From positions 42 to 64,041 of the forward strand of contig MHQP01000033.1 of assembly GCA_001820685.1 (NCBI GenBank): 64,000 nt of DNA, written 5' to 3'. A program made the position numbers and the translations under genes. This DNA comes from Candidatus Sungbacteria bacterium RIFCSPLOWO2_01_FULL_47_32. Lineage in GTDB: Bacteria > Patescibacteriota > Minisyncoccia > Sungbacterales > GWA2-42-14. Below are positions 27,591 through 37,098 of the stretch, in pieces. A model generated the notes under the pieces. The model saw nothing but the letters and a program-made list of their open reading frames with translations, had not been told where the DNA came from and did no database searches. Positions within the stretch are counted from its first letter, which is position 1; each line of letters begins with the position of its first letter.

Positions 27591-28749
27591 CTAGTTTCTT
27601 TTCTTCGCAAGACTTTTCATCGAATATCGCGAATCTCCGGTAACTTCCTTTATCACTTCAATAAAGGGCGGAATGAAAACACGGTCGTTTTCCTCCGTAA
27701 GCTCTATTTCGAGAACGGCAACCGGACCTCGCGACTCTGCGTACTCTCCATCCTCCTCAAGCAATCGGATAAGACGGGAATATGTCGGCTCCTCGAGCAC
27801 ATCGAGCTCGAAGTATTGGCCTTTCCACAAAAAACAGCTGCGGATTTTTTTTCACGACGTCCGAATCGGGATCTTTTTCGCTCTTAAGCAATTGTGCGTA
27901 GTCCTGAGGCCGAATCATGTGTTCATCCTCATGCTTGACACCTTTTCGAATATTCTTTTTTCGAGTTTCATAGTACGCGTAGTATCCGTCGCTTCCCCTC
28001 TTTCTGATACGATGCGAGCCTTCTTTGTCCGAACGAAGCTCTACCTGCTCAATATCAGCAGGTACAACAACAAACCCGTGAGCAAACAGAGGCATCTTCA
28101 CGATGAACTTGCGTTCTATCTCAAGAGGAATGGGGGTTCCGAGCACACTGCAAATGCCCTTAAGGAGGCGGGAAATTTTCTCGTCAAATCCGGTGCTGTT
28201 ATCGACAACCTGAACATGGTTTGCGCCAACCCAGGAATCCAGCGTCCGCCGGTCAAGGACAATTGCCTCCTCAACAGTTTCTTTCCGTGCGGAATTATTT
28301 TTTTTCGTATAGAACTCCGGAGCGCCAAGGGCCGCCGTCACAAGATGATGCACGCTTTTATACCGCAAGAGCAGTTCCATCTTTTTAAGCCCCATCTCCC
28401 TAATAAGCTTTTCAAATTTCCCCGGAGGCAGATACGCGGCATTGTCACAACATTCGCGGTCAGTAAGAACAATGCACTTCGGGTTTTTAAAGCGCCTTGC
28501 CATTTCAAGATAGCGATTTTCACGCTCAAGCTGCATTAAGAGCGCCTGCCTTTGAAAATCCTTGAGTGAGAGACCTGTCCCGCCGATGGAAACTCCATTC
28601 GTGAAAAGTTCCGTTGCAACTTCTGGAGGTGTCAGAACCGAGTATCCGAAGTCGCTCAAACGCTCAACAATTTTTGCCCTGCCGGTTGATTTGCCCCCGC
28701 ACGGGCCGCCAGTCAATGCATGGAGCGTAACTTCTTTCGCGTCCGCCAT
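27591..28749 (-). pseudogene. P-loop NTPase (AAA_28/NadR-like) fused to a CYTH domain, broken by a 1-nt frameshift between 27832 and 27853
   Basis: ORF 27757..28749 has the Walker A motif GGPCGGKST and the CYTH signature EIERKF. The CYTH fold continues in another frame as ORF 27591..27830 (WKGQYFELDVLEEP...LEIELTEEN). Removing one base from either the A8 or the T6 homopolymer on the minus strand joins the two frames. Confidence 0.5.
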
Positions 28750-28884
28750 TGCTTACCGTAGTATTTATAATTCAAGTTGCTGGGAAAATAGTACCATACT
28801 TACACGTGCTTTTGTCAATTGTTTGCTCCTATATTCGCCCCTGCCACCGCGTCAGCTACTGCGGAGTATTCCAGACAAACAGTG

Positions 28885-28913
28885 AAAAAACCGTCCAGCT
28901 TTTAGCGGGACGG
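28885..28913 (-). terminator. Rho-independent terminator immediately after the stop at 28914
   Basis: On the minus strand CCGTCCCGCTAAAAGCTGGACGG is followed by TTTTTT. Confidence 0.55.
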
Positions 28914-29522
28914 CTATATTTTGCGCGAGCCCCGAACATGGCCCATTCGGCTGTTTTTTGCGTGTTTTCTGAATGTTATTTTTATGCCTGTTTTTTTGTG
29001 CACCCACCTCCGGAATCGGGAAACAACTCTTCGGGAATACGGGAATTTTCTGAAAAGTTTGACGAGAAGGAATCGGAGAAAGTTAAACTCGCGGAGAAGT
29101 ATGATGAACCCGGGAATACATGCCATCCACGCGCCAAAAACCGGAATGAAAATAGCTGTCGGCGAAAGAACGATGAGAAGAACAGCCGAACAAATGCGCA
29201 CGGCGCGAAAACCCCAAAGCCACTTCATAAATGCCCTGAAAGCCAGAGCCGCGCGCGAGTTCCAAAGCCACTTCACGAACGCCGCGAAAGCCTGGGCCGC
29301 TCGGGAGTTCTGAAGCTCTTTAAAGAATACTGCGAAAATAAGAACCGTTCGAGAATTCAAAAGCCGTTTTAGCACGACATATCCCGGTCCGAATGTTGTC
29401 GCGTCCGCATATCCGCAAAACCCTCTGCACGAAGAACTAGAGAAGTCTATAGCATTAGACAGCACTAAAATCAAACAAAAAACGGAGCATGATTGCTCCG
29501 CAGGAAAATTATGGGTTCGCAT
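28914..29522 (-). CDS. Membrane protein with 16-aa Trp-rich amphipathic repeats (NSRAAxAFxAFxKWLW)
   Basis: Hydrophobic segments at both ends and a central repeat array encoded by degenerate 48-bp tandem DNA repeats. The terminator sits directly after its stop. Overlapping plus-strand ORFs look spurious. Confidence 0.4.
   Translation of the reverse strand: MRTHNFPAEQSCSVFCLILVLSNAIDFSSSSCRGFCGYADATTFGPGYVVLKRLLNSRTVLIFAVFFKELQNSRAAQAFAAFVKWLWNSRAALAFRAFMKWLWGFRAVRICSAVLLIVLSPTAIFIPVFGAWMACIPGFIILLREFNFLRFLLVKLFRKFPYSRRVVSRFRRWVHKKTGIKITFRKHAKNSRMGHVRGSRKI
29215..29358. repeat. Three degenerate tandem 48-bp repeats (~77% identity between units 1 and 2), inside coding sequence
   Basis: Unit 1 (29215-29262) is CAAAGCCACTTCATAAATGCCCTGAAAGCCAGAGCCGCGCGCGAGTTC. 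Unit 2 is CAAAGCCACTTCACGAACGCCGCGAAAGCCTGGGCCGCTCGGGAGTTC. Unit 3 is more diverged. Confidence 0.6.
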
Positions 29523-30303
29523 CCGCTTCTTGAAGAAGCTCGAGCACTACAAGACGCACGAGGGCCCCGGCAATGCCACCCAAAACCGCAAAGAATAGAA
29601 TGAAGGCAAGGCTGTTCGGAACCGCCAAGAACGTGAGCGTTCCGAAAACCATTGAATACGCACTGCATGCCGTGAACATTTCGGAGTGAACAAACTTAAG
29701 AAAAAGCCGTGTGAACTTCAAGGTAGTGCGGGCAAAAAATGAGAAATTTTTCACAAACAGCACAATCCCCTTAAGCGGATAGTAACCTGCAAGAATGTGA
29801 ATTGAAATAAAATTGAAATAAGTGAATCCCTTTTTTGCCAATTGCACATCTTCTTTCGACGGAGGAGGAGACAAACATGTAGCAACCAAAAAACCCACGG
29901 TAGTAGCCACGGCATGAACAAGAAATACGGTAACAGCCACCCTATAAAGAAGGTCGGATGGCATTTTATATCCCAGCAATACTTGAATAAGAAGTATAAC
30001 AGTAAGGACGAGTCCAAACATTCCTGCTAGGGATACTGCGACACAAAAACCGTACATCACCCTCTGCTTGAATTGGTATTTCGGAAGACCTTCAGCAACC
30101 GCTCTCCACGCCATTTCCGCGGCAGACGCAACGCGCTTCGGTTCGGTCAAAAGACGAGCCAAATACCCAACGGCCCCGCCAACAACGATGCCAAGCGGCC
30201 AATAAATACCCAGTGCATGCGCAAACATAACACCCAAAAAAATACCTGTCGCAATAGCGAATGCATCTTTTTTAAGGTCGTTCATGGTCTTCCCGGTATT
30301 CAA
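29509..30303 (-). CDS. Hypothetical polytopic membrane protein (264 aa)
   Basis: 6-7 predicted TM helices. No recognisable family. Confidence 0.5.
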   Translation of the reverse strand: MNTGKTMNDLKKDAFAIATGIFLGVMFAHALGIYWPLGIVVGGAVGYLARLLTEPKRVASAAEMAWRAVAEGLPKYQFKQRVMYGFCVAVSLAGMFGLVLTVILLIQVLLGYKMPSDLLYRVAVTVFLVHAVATTVGFLVATCLSPPPSKEDVQLAKKGFTYFNFISIHILAGYYPLKGIVLFVKNFSFFARTTLKFTRLFLKFVHSEMFTACSAYSMVFGTLTFLAVPNSLAFILFFAVLGGIAGALVRLVVLELLQEADANP

Positions 30304-30376
30304 CTGTCAATGGACAACATTGTTATCGTAGTATATTGTATAAGTATTATCAAGGGCCTTAACATAAAAGCGCTCC

Positions 30377-31054
30377 TTATGAGCGCTTCATTTTTTCTAA
30401 AAATTCTTCTCCGTGTCCATAGTCGGTGTTGATAGGGCGAAGACTTTTGCACAACGGGCAATCTTCCTTTTTCCAGCTTTCGAATTGTTTTTCGATAAGC
30501 GAAAAGAGGGGTACCGCCCCAATGTCATATGACTGAATACTGCTTCTGGTCCAAAGACACGCCGCCCCTAAAACATTCCCGCCGAGATTTCGCACCAGGC
30601 CCGAAAGATTCCTGAAGGCAATGCCAGTCGTTACAACATCATCAACCAAAAAAACATTTTTTTGCGCGATGTATTTTTTGAACGCCTCGGGAATAGTAAA
30701 AGGATTCTTTTGACTCGCCGAACTTTTTTCTGCCCAGGTGAAATAGATCTTCCGCGAAACGGCTTTTGACATATGTTCGGCAAACCTCATGGCAGGAGGA
30801 ATTCCGCCGACTGCCGGAGCGAGAATGACTTCCGCCTGTTTCCTGAAGCCTGAATCAAGCACCATTTCGGAGAGATAAAACATGAGCGTTGAAAGCTCTT
30901 CTCCGTCAGCACAGAGCGCATCCCCCAGCACATATTCACTGCCATGCCGACCCGAATTATAGACGTAGTGCCCGTTTTCGAGAATCGCCCCGCTCTTTCT
31001 GAACACAGAGAGCGCAAACTCTTCAACATTCTTCCGGCGGACGTCAGTTACCAT
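30377..31054 (-). CDS. Phosphoribosyltransferase (type I PRTase fold)
   Basis: The PRPP-binding motif VFLVDDVVTTGIAF, with a C-terminal CPLC. The probable start is MVTDVRR at 31054; the track ORF begins at 31138. Confidence 0.65.
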   Translation of the reverse strand: MVTDVRRKNVEEFALSVFRKSGAILENGHYVYNSGRHGSEYVLGDALCADGEELSTLMFYLSEMVLDSGFRKQAEVILAPAVGGIPPAMRFAEHMSKAVSRKIYFTWAEKSSASQKNPFTIPEAFKKYIAQKNVFLVDDVVTTGIAFRNLSGLVRNLGGNVLGAACLWTRSSIQSYDIGAVPLFSLIEKQFESWKKEDCPLCKSLRPINTDYGHGEEFLEKMKRS

Positions 31055-31236
31055 ATCCCCTCCGCGTATCGAATAGGTGTTGGAAAAGACCGAACGGCTC
31101 CAGTATAACCGTTTTGCGGAAAAAATCCAGTGAAACAAAAACTAAGCTATACTACTCAAGCCAGCGCCTCCTTGCCCCAGTGGCGAGGCATGGTATAGTG
31201 ATAAAAAGATTTTTGAGAATTGAGAACCGGCCGCCA

Positions 31237-32133
31237 ATGCGCCAATCGGGAAAAAGACCCGGCATTTTGAAGCGTATCGCCCGAAGAGAGTTCCTAATAA
31301 GCGTCCAGCTGGACCCGCCGTCCCCGGGCATGTTCCCGAAATTTAATGATTCGCTGAAAAAACTCCGGAGGGCAGGCGTGAAAGTATTCGACGTAAACTC
31401 ATCGCGAAGAATATGCCATGACTCCATACAGCTTGCTTCGGAACTTTGCGGAACCTCCGCCGACGTTATCGCGCACATTACGACGCGCGACAGCTCCGTA
31501 AACGGCCTTTTAAACCAGATACTTGCCGCGTACGAATGGAGCGACCTTAAGAATTTTCTTGTTATCACGGGAGACCCGTACGAATCCAAACAGGCGGTAT
31601 TCCCGTCGCGCGGCGTTTTCCAAACAGATTCCATCGGAGCGCTAAAAGCTATCGACTGGCAATTCCGAAAGAACCTTGCCCGCCCCTTAAACATTGTCCT
31701 TGCGGCAGCCGTCAACCAGAACGAACATGACAGGGCAAAAGAAGGAAAGCGCATTGAAGAAAAGATCGCGGCAGGAACGGATATTTTCATGAGCCAGCCT
31801 GTGTTTGATAGCGTCCAGGCCGATGAACTTTTTAAATTTTATGGAGAGCATTCGGCGCGCCCTCTTTTCGTCGGAGTATGGCCAACGCTGAATCTCAAAA
31901 CCATTGAGAACATCAGAGCCGGCTCCGTTGAAGGAGTCCGGCTTCCGAGAAAAGAGTATTCGGAACTTATTTCAAGTTTTACCGACGAAAACGAGTTGCG
32001 TCGCAAGAGCGCTGAACGAACGATCGGACTTGTCAGGCACATCCGAAGTTCAGGAAAAGCAACCGGCATCTATATTGTGGCACCCTCGCGAAATCCCCTC
32101 TTGCTCCTTCCGATCCTAAAAGAACTTCTCTAG
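31237..32133 (+). CDS. Methylenetetrahydrofolate reductase family protein (MetF-like)
   Basis: ISVQLDPPSPG, HITTRDSS, LVITGDPYE and AAAVNQNEH parallel the MTHFR motifs (VSxEFFPPK, ITCRD, LALRGDPP). The probable start is MRQSGK at 31237. Confidence 0.65.
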   Translation: MRQSGKRPGILKRIARREFLISVQLDPPSPGMFPKFNDSLKKLRRAGVKVFDVNSSRRICHDSIQLASELCGTSADVIAHITTRDSSVNGLLNQILAAYEWSDLKNFLVITGDPYESKQAVFPSRGVFQTDSIGALKAIDWQFRKNLARPLNIVLAAAVNQNEHDRAKEGKRIEEKIAAGTDIFMSQPVFDSVQADELFKFYGEHSARPLFVGVWPTLNLKTIENIRAGSVEGVRLPRKEYSELISSFTDENELRRKSAERTIGLVRHIRSSGKATGIYIVAPSRNPLLLLPILKELL

Positions 32134-32145
32134 TTCGTAATCACG

Positions 32146-32176
32146 AACCGCCCGGTCTCAACCAGGCGGTTTTTAT
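32146..32176 (+). terminator. Rho-independent terminator
   Basis: ACCGCC-loop-GGCGGT followed by TTTTTATG. Confidence 0.45.
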
Positions 32177-32197
32177 GTGCAGAAAAATCTTCTTGGT

Positions 32198-32226
32198 TTG
32201 CAACCGCACCCAAAAACAGCTATAGT
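32198..32226 (+). promoter_or_regulatory. Sigma70-like promoter (TTGCAA-17-TATAGT) upstream of the DUF4382 gene
   Basis: Good hexamers with exact 17-bp spacing, ~85 bp upstream of the ATG at 32311. Confidence 0.4.
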
Positions 32227-32310
32227 AGGATATGTAATAACTACTTAATATTGCTTGGAAATTAGCCGAAAATGTAACCCCATTTAGGCAAATTCCACAT
32301 CACCTTTAGC

Positions 32311-33294
32311 ATGAAAAAAATCATTATCATATCCGCAGTCGTCGTCCTTGTAGTTCTTGTGGGCTTTTTCTTCTATTCGAAGCCGGCCATGAGCCCGACA
32401 ACGACAGAAAACACGGGACAACCGGGGATAACGCCGGCAATTCCCGGGGCAACGCCTCCTCCCGCCTCGGCCCCTGTTATGGGCAAAGGAAGGGTGGTAT
32501 TTGCGGTGACTGATGCCGCCATCGGACTTGAGAACTATGACTCAATAATTTTGAGCATTTCGGAAGTCCGTGTAAGCAGTCAATCGAAAGGATGGGTGAC
32601 GCTTTCCGAAGAGAAAAAGCAGTTCGACCTTTTAGCTCTTAAGCGTTCCGGCTCTATCGCCCTTCTTGCCGACGTAACGGTAGCGGCAGGAAATTATAAT
32701 CAACTGCGGCTTGCCATCGATAAAGTTACTGTTGTCGCAAAAGACGGAACGACCGCCGAAGCAAAACTTCCTTCCAAAGACTTAAAAATGGTGGGAACGC
32801 TTGTTGTGAACGACGGACAAACGTCAAGCGCTTCGTTCGACTTCCTTGCGGATAAATCTCTCCACCAAACGGGTTCCGGCCAGCTTATTTTCGCCCCCGT
32901 TATAAAAGTTGAGACTCGAAACAACGTCGGAGTAACCCTTACTTCAAACCTTGTTACATTCACCGAAGGAGCCGTCAACACGAACCTGACATTTGGAATG
33001 GACGAATCGGGGCAAACAACAGTCGGCGGAGGTGTTGACGCAAAAGCATCACTTGATGTCGTTGGAGACACCATCCATATCGTCTCGAAAGGAGAGGCGG
33101 ATGCGGGCGTCAAAATTACCGCAAAGGGCGCGGTGGACAAAGCGGTCGGCGAAGGATACCTGACGAACGCTCTCTCCGTAAAAACCGTAACGCGTGAAGG
33201 GAAAAAAGTATGGCTTGTGATAGGACTGAAAGGACTTGATATAAAAAATATCTACATCGACGTAACGACGGGAAATGTAGTCGCTGTTGAATAA
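32311..33294 (+). CDS. DUF4382-family secreted/membrane-anchored protein
   Basis: N-terminal TM/signal anchor, a Pro/Thr linker, then VVFAVTDAAI...ILSISEVRV...GWVTL...QFDLLAL...AGNYNQLRLAI, which matches the DUF4382 pattern. Confidence 0.65.
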   Translation: MKKIIIISAVVVLVVLVGFFFYSKPAMSPTTTENTGQPGITPAIPGATPPPASAPVMGKGRVVFAVTDAAIGLENYDSIILSISEVRVSSQSKGWVTLSEEKKQFDLLALKRSGSIALLADVTVAAGNYNQLRLAIDKVTVVAKDGTTAEAKLPSKDLKMVGTLVVNDGQTSSASFDFLADKSLHQTGSGQLIFAPVIKVETRNNVGVTLTSNLVTFTEGAVNTNLTFGMDESGQTTVGGGVDAKASLDVVGDTIHIVSKGEADAGVKITAKGAVDKAVGEGYLTNALSVKTVTREGKKVWLVIGLKGLDIKNIYIDVTTGNVVAVE

Positions 33295-33310
33295 TCGGAA
33301 CAGAATATAA

Positions 33311-33346
33311 AAACAGCCCCGCTTTTAGCGGGGCTGTTTTTTCTTG
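33311..33346 (+). terminator. Rho-independent terminator
   Basis: AAACAGCCCCGC-TTTTA-GCGGGGCTGTTT followed by a T-run. Confidence 0.6.
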
Positions 33347-33372
33347 CTTTTCACAGAAACAAATGGTATATT
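33344..33372 (+). promoter_or_regulatory. Sigma70-like promoter (TTGCTT-17-TATATT) for the exonuclease gene
   Basis: Hexamers at 33344-33349 and 33367-33372. Confidence 0.45.
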
Positions 33373-33404
33373 CATAAAAAGTTTTTTAAAAACAGAAAGA
33401 AGCC

Positions 33405-34037
33405 ATGCCGCAGAAAGTCCGGTCTTTTCTTTTTCTTGACATTGAAACAACGGGAAACGAACCGCTCCGGCTTGTCAACGGCAGTCTTTCGGCGTGGCAC
33501 GAGATAATCGAGATCGGCGGAGTTGTTGCGAGACAAGGTGATCTTTCACCACTGCAGATGTTTAATATCAAAGTTCACCCGGAACATCTGGAGCACGGAG
33601 ACGAAGACGCCTGGAAAATAAATGGCTACCCGAGGCGTGCTGCCGCCGGAGAATGGGATAGAGCTCTTTCGCTCAAAGAAGCTATCGGAACGCTTCTTCG
33701 CTTTATACAGGAAGATGGCGGACCGGTATTGCTTGTCGGGCATAACTTCTTTTTTGACTGGACGTTCATCGTCATTGCTTTGGCGCTTGCCGGCATACAG
33801 GAAGCGGAGTTGGCTAGCTACGTTCACTATACAAAACTCGATACCCGCTCAATGGCGGTCGGCACACTTTTAAAGCCGGGTGAGTTGTATGATCCCGGAG
33901 ACTACAGCATCAGAAATAACAAAATAGCCAAACTTCTCGGCATCCCTCCGGAACCATATCCTCACCAAGCGCTCGGAGGAGCAAAACAGTCATATTTCAT
34001 CTTCAAAAAACTGCTTGAACTGAAAGGCGGACAGTAA
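33405..34037 (+). CDS. DnaQ-like 3'-5' exonuclease (DEDDh family)
   Basis: Exo I FLFLDIETTG, Exo II LVGHNFFFDWTFI, and Exo III H-x4-D region YPHQALGGAKQSYFIF. Confidence 0.8.
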   Translation: MPQKVRSFLFLDIETTGNEPLRLVNGSLSAWHEIIEIGGVVARQGDLSPLQMFNIKVHPEHLEHGDEDAWKINGYPRRAAAGEWDRALSLKEAIGTLLRFIQEDGGPVLLVGHNFFFDWTFIVIALALAGIQEAELASYVHYTKLDTRSMAVGTLLKPGELYDPGDYSIRNNKIAKLLGIPPEPYPHQALGGAKQSYFIFKKLLELKGGQ

Positions 34038-34051
34038 ATCCGCAAATAAGA

Positions 34052-34076
34052 AAAGCCCCATTGGGGCTTTTTTAAT
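34052..34076. terminator. Terminator hairpin AGCCCCA-TTG-GGGCT followed by TTTTTAATTT
   Basis: Lies between convergent genes. Confidence 0.5.
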
Positions 34077-34079
34077 TTA

Positions 34080-34361
34080 CTAGCGGCCGTATTTTAGCGT
34101 ATACCATATCTTTATCGTAATCGCCAAAGAAAAAAGAACGGACGGCAGAAGCCACAAGAAATTATGTTTTAGATAGAGAACGGTAATACCATGCTGGCTT
34201 GTGAGATAATTATACCACCTCCAGTCTCCCATAGCTGGAAAAAGCCATGATGAGTTAAAATATAGATCAGTCTGAATCGCAAGAAATGTGAGCCCTGAAA
34301 AAAAGAGAAGACATCCGAGAAACAGTATGGCGTGTTTCACTCGTAACCAGCTCATTTTCAA
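34080..34361 (-). CDS. Small hypothetical membrane protein (93 aa, 3 TM)
   Basis: Hydrophobic helices. Sits downstream of 34441..35319 in the same orientation. Confidence 0.4.
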   Translation of the reverse strand: MKMSWLRVKHAILFLGCLLFFSGLTFLAIQTDLYFNSSWLFPAMGDWRWYNYLTSQHGITVLYLKHNFLWLLPSVLFSLAITIKIWYTLKYGR

Positions 34362-34440
34362 ATTACATTTTAAAAAAGTACCACCGAACTCATGGCCTTG
34401 TCAAGCCAAAATTAAAGAACCCGAAACGGGTTCCTGCTCT

Positions 34441-35319
34441 TTACACGTCTTCCAGCGTCTTGAAAAGCTCCGTTGGAAGTATGGTGATTTCACAAGCAGT
34501 GCACTTTATTTTTCCAACATCGTCCCCGCCCTGAATAACAATGAGCGAGTTTTCCGGATGACCGTTTTTACACGAATCCGAGGAAAGTCCCGCCAGACGA
34601 AGCGACGCAAGCGCTCGCAGGTTGACCTCATCAGAATACTCCGCGTCGGCCCGAATAGAGTCTTGCTCATACTCCACGCCGAATGAAAGAAGGTAATTTT
34701 CATGCGCACCGAAATATGCGATTTCGCCCGGGGGCATGGAGGCTCCGGCTTTACCTGACGAAAGCGGTTCTCCCCACCGTTCGTACGAAAGCGGATATAA
34801 AACCTGGTGTGGAACCTCTTCTCCATCCTTCGTGAATACTTTGAAAGTGCCGTCGGAACCGTTGTCGAGTTCAAGAAGGACAAGCTCCGTTCCGGGAGGG
34901 CTGTCAAGAACCTTAATAAAAGGAGAATTATCAAACAGAGCTGGCCGCTCGCCTCGGTCAGCGCACAAAAGAGCTTCTTCATAATCGCTATCGTTATACT
35001 CAAAAGGCCTAAGATACTGCGAACGGACAACAATTTTAACCGTCTCTGAATCGACGGCCGCAATATCTTCACGCTCAACAATTGAGACAACATCTCCCGC
35101 CCCATCAATGATTGTAACAATGCCGTCAGGTTCAATACGGACTCGATTGCCTTTTCTTCCGTGGTTCAAAAATTCCCGACTCCAGACACCAATCCCGCCG
35201 AAGCACGCCCCCCCTCCGCGGCAGGAGTTAGGATGAAAGCGCAGAGTACCGTAGAGAGATATTGCGCCGCCTTTTTCTGCATGGGAATTCTTTAGAAATT
35301 CGAGGCCGATTGACTGCAT
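34441..35319 (-). CDS. Hypothetical protein (292 aa)
   Basis: Clean ORF with a strong upstream promoter. No recognisable family. Confidence 0.5.
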   Translation of the reverse strand: MQSIGLEFLKNSHAEKGGAISLYGTLRFHPNSCRGGGACFGGIGVWSREFLNHGRKGNRVRIEPDGIVTIIDGAGDVVSIVEREDIAAVDSETVKIVVRSQYLRPFEYNDSDYEEALLCADRGERPALFDNSPFIKVLDSPPGTELVLLELDNGSDGTFKVFTKDGEEVPHQVLYPLSYERWGEPLSSGKAGASMPPGEIAYFGAHENYLLSFGVEYEQDSIRADAEYSDEVNLRALASLRLAGLSSDSCKNGHPENSLIVIQGGDDVGKIKCTACEITILPTELFKTLEDV

Positions 35320-35357
35320 GGCGCCCTCTCAATATTTTCAGAGAACATAATAAACTT

Positions 35358-35386
35358 AATATATCATGTTTAATGTATATTGTCAA
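35358..35386 (-). promoter_or_regulatory. Sigma70 promoter on the minus strand (TTGACA-17-TATATT)
   Basis: Minus-strand TTGACA (plus 35381-35386) and TATATT (plus 35358-35363), ~35 nt upstream of the start at 35319. Confidence 0.5.
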
Positions 35387-35540
35387 ATTTATCTGAATAT
35401 CGGGTAATTTTTGATATTTTTAGCGCATAAAAATTTAAGTTTTTTAAGTTCCGGTAAAAGAACCCGGCACTCTAAAATTGATTTTTAGGCCTTGCAGGCA
35501 TATACTTGTAATTGTTTTCACATGTATCCCAAGAATACGC

Positions 35541-37016
35541 ATGTCGAAGGAAAAAATACTTTCGGAAAAAAGCAATGCGGTGTCCATAGCGCGGAATACA
35601 TATGCCATTGGCTGGTGGCTTTGCGTTGCCGTTCTTGCGGTAAGCTCATTTTTGTTTTTATTCCGCCTGGGCAACGGGGCTTTTTGGGATACCGATGAGT
35701 CGGTATATGCGGAGGTAATGCGGGAGGCAGAAGTTTCAGGAGACTATCTGACGCCAAAGTTCCGGGGAGAGAATTTCTTTGATAAGCCGCCGCTTTACTA
35801 TTGGGAGGGGCTTCTCGCAAGCAAAATATTTCCCGGCCCGGAGTTTGCGTATCGGTTTCCGTCAGCACTTGCCGGAATTCTGTCTGTTCTCGCCACGATG
35901 CTTATTGCGTTTGAAGCAACCGGAAGTATTTGGACTGCCGCCTCGGCTGGAATAATACTTACCCTCTTTCCTGCGTTCCTCGAGGCCGGAAGGCAGGTAA
36001 AGCTTGATGTGCCGGTTACATTACCGATACTTCTTGCGTTTTACTTTTTTCTCCGCGGCTTGCGAAACCCCCGCTGGTATTTGGGGGTCGGCGCGTTCAT
36101 AGGGCTCGGGGTCATGACGAAAAGCGTTGTAGGCTTATTTGCTCTTCCCGCAATCGTTTTTTATGCCCTGTTTTTTAGAAACTTCAGCTGGCTTAAAAGC
36201 GCGTATGTATGGTGCGGAGCGATTCTCGGAGTCCTTATAGTTCTGCCTTGGCATGTGTATGAAACGTATCTCTTTGGTTCCCAATTTTGGAATGAATACT
36301 TTTTTCACCTGGTGGTGAACAGATTTGCAGCCGACATTGTAAACGGTTCGTCAGCCTCTGTGGGAGGATTTTTAACATATATACTTCAATACGGAGCCCC
36401 GTGGAGCATTTTACTCATCCCGCTAACAGCAGTTTTAATATTTTCGAAAAATGAAGATAGAGATGACCCATTTAAAAAGTCTTCGTATGTATTCGCGTGC
36501 GCTGCGCTTTCAATAATTATAGTATTTTCTGTATCGACAACAAAAGTTATTTACTATTCGGTCCCGAGCTTTTCGTTCATCGCCTTAAGCCTTGCACTAA
36601 CAGGTAGCATACTATACAGAAAACAAAACATGGCAATGTTCTTCGCCCTTCTGGCGCCTCTTATACTGTGCGCCGCCCTTATTTATACTATTATGGCTGG
36701 ATTCCACACGTACGGCGCATTTGCCGCCCTCAACACGCTTGCTCGCGATGAAAAGAAAGCCGGATTGGTACTGGCGGCGAATCCATATCCCGAAAAAGTG
36801 TATGAATATAATTTCGGCTTGTGGGACACGATCTTTTACTACAGCGGCGGCAGAAAAGTATATCTTATGCAGGAAGACCAGGTGCTTAATGAACCGTTCT
36901 TTTTAATTTTACCGACTGAATTTTATCGGCAAAAGCCGTTCCCGGAAGAACTCGCAAGCCGCTTTACCACGCGATACAGCGGACCCTCGCTAACACTTGT
37001 ATCTTTTGTTCCCTAG
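35541..37016 (+). CDS. ArnT-like GT-C glycosyltransferase (GT83/GT39; 4-amino-arabinose/mannosyl transferase family)
   Basis: The first periplasmic loop has DTDESVYAEVMREA ... FFDKPPLYYW, followed by 11+ TM helices. The probable start is MSKEKIL at 35541. Confidence 0.8.
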   Translation: MSKEKILSEKSNAVSIARNTYAIGWWLCVAVLAVSSFLFLFRLGNGAFWDTDESVYAEVMREAEVSGDYLTPKFRGENFFDKPPLYYWEGLLASKIFPGPEFAYRFPSALAGILSVLATMLIAFEATGSIWTAASAGIILTLFPAFLEAGRQVKLDVPVTLPILLAFYFFLRGLRNPRWYLGVGAFIGLGVMTKSVVGLFALPAIVFYALFFRNFSWLKSAYVWCGAILGVLIVLPWHVYETYLFGSQFWNEYFFHLVVNRFAADIVNGSSASVGGFLTYILQYGAPWSILLIPLTAVLIFSKNEDRDDPFKKSSYVFACAALSIIIVFSVSTTKVIYYSVPSFSFIALSLALTGSILYRKQNMAMFFALLAPLILCAALIYTIMAGFHTYGAFAALNTLARDEKKAGLVLAANPYPEKVYEYNFGLWDTIFYYSGGRKVYLMQEDQVLNEPFFLILPTEFYRQKPFPEELASRFTTRYSGPSLTLVSFVP

Positions 37017-37047
37017 AGCTTCGGCTGTTAAATCGGTACTTATAAAA

Positions 37048-37071
37048 CCCCGGCGCGTGCCGGGGCTTTTT
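37048..37071. terminator. Bidirectional terminator CCCCGGC-GCGT-GCCGGGG
   Basis: Flanked by an A-run upstream and a T-run downstream, between convergent genes. Confidence 0.55.
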
Positions 37072-37098
37072 GCTGGCCTCAACCAAGAGTTAAATGTT

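Noticed and set aside
29215-29358. Tandem repeats considered as a CRISPR array
   Set aside because: The units are contiguous with no spacers and are degenerate at 77% identity. They are 48 bp long, keep an ORF with a periodic amphipathic pattern, and have no cas genes nearby.
28749-29372. Plus-strand ORFs (207 aa and 130 aa) across the tandem-repeat region
   Set aside because: Their products are low-complexity and basic, and they run antisense to a minus-strand ORF with TM segments and a terminator exactly at its stop.
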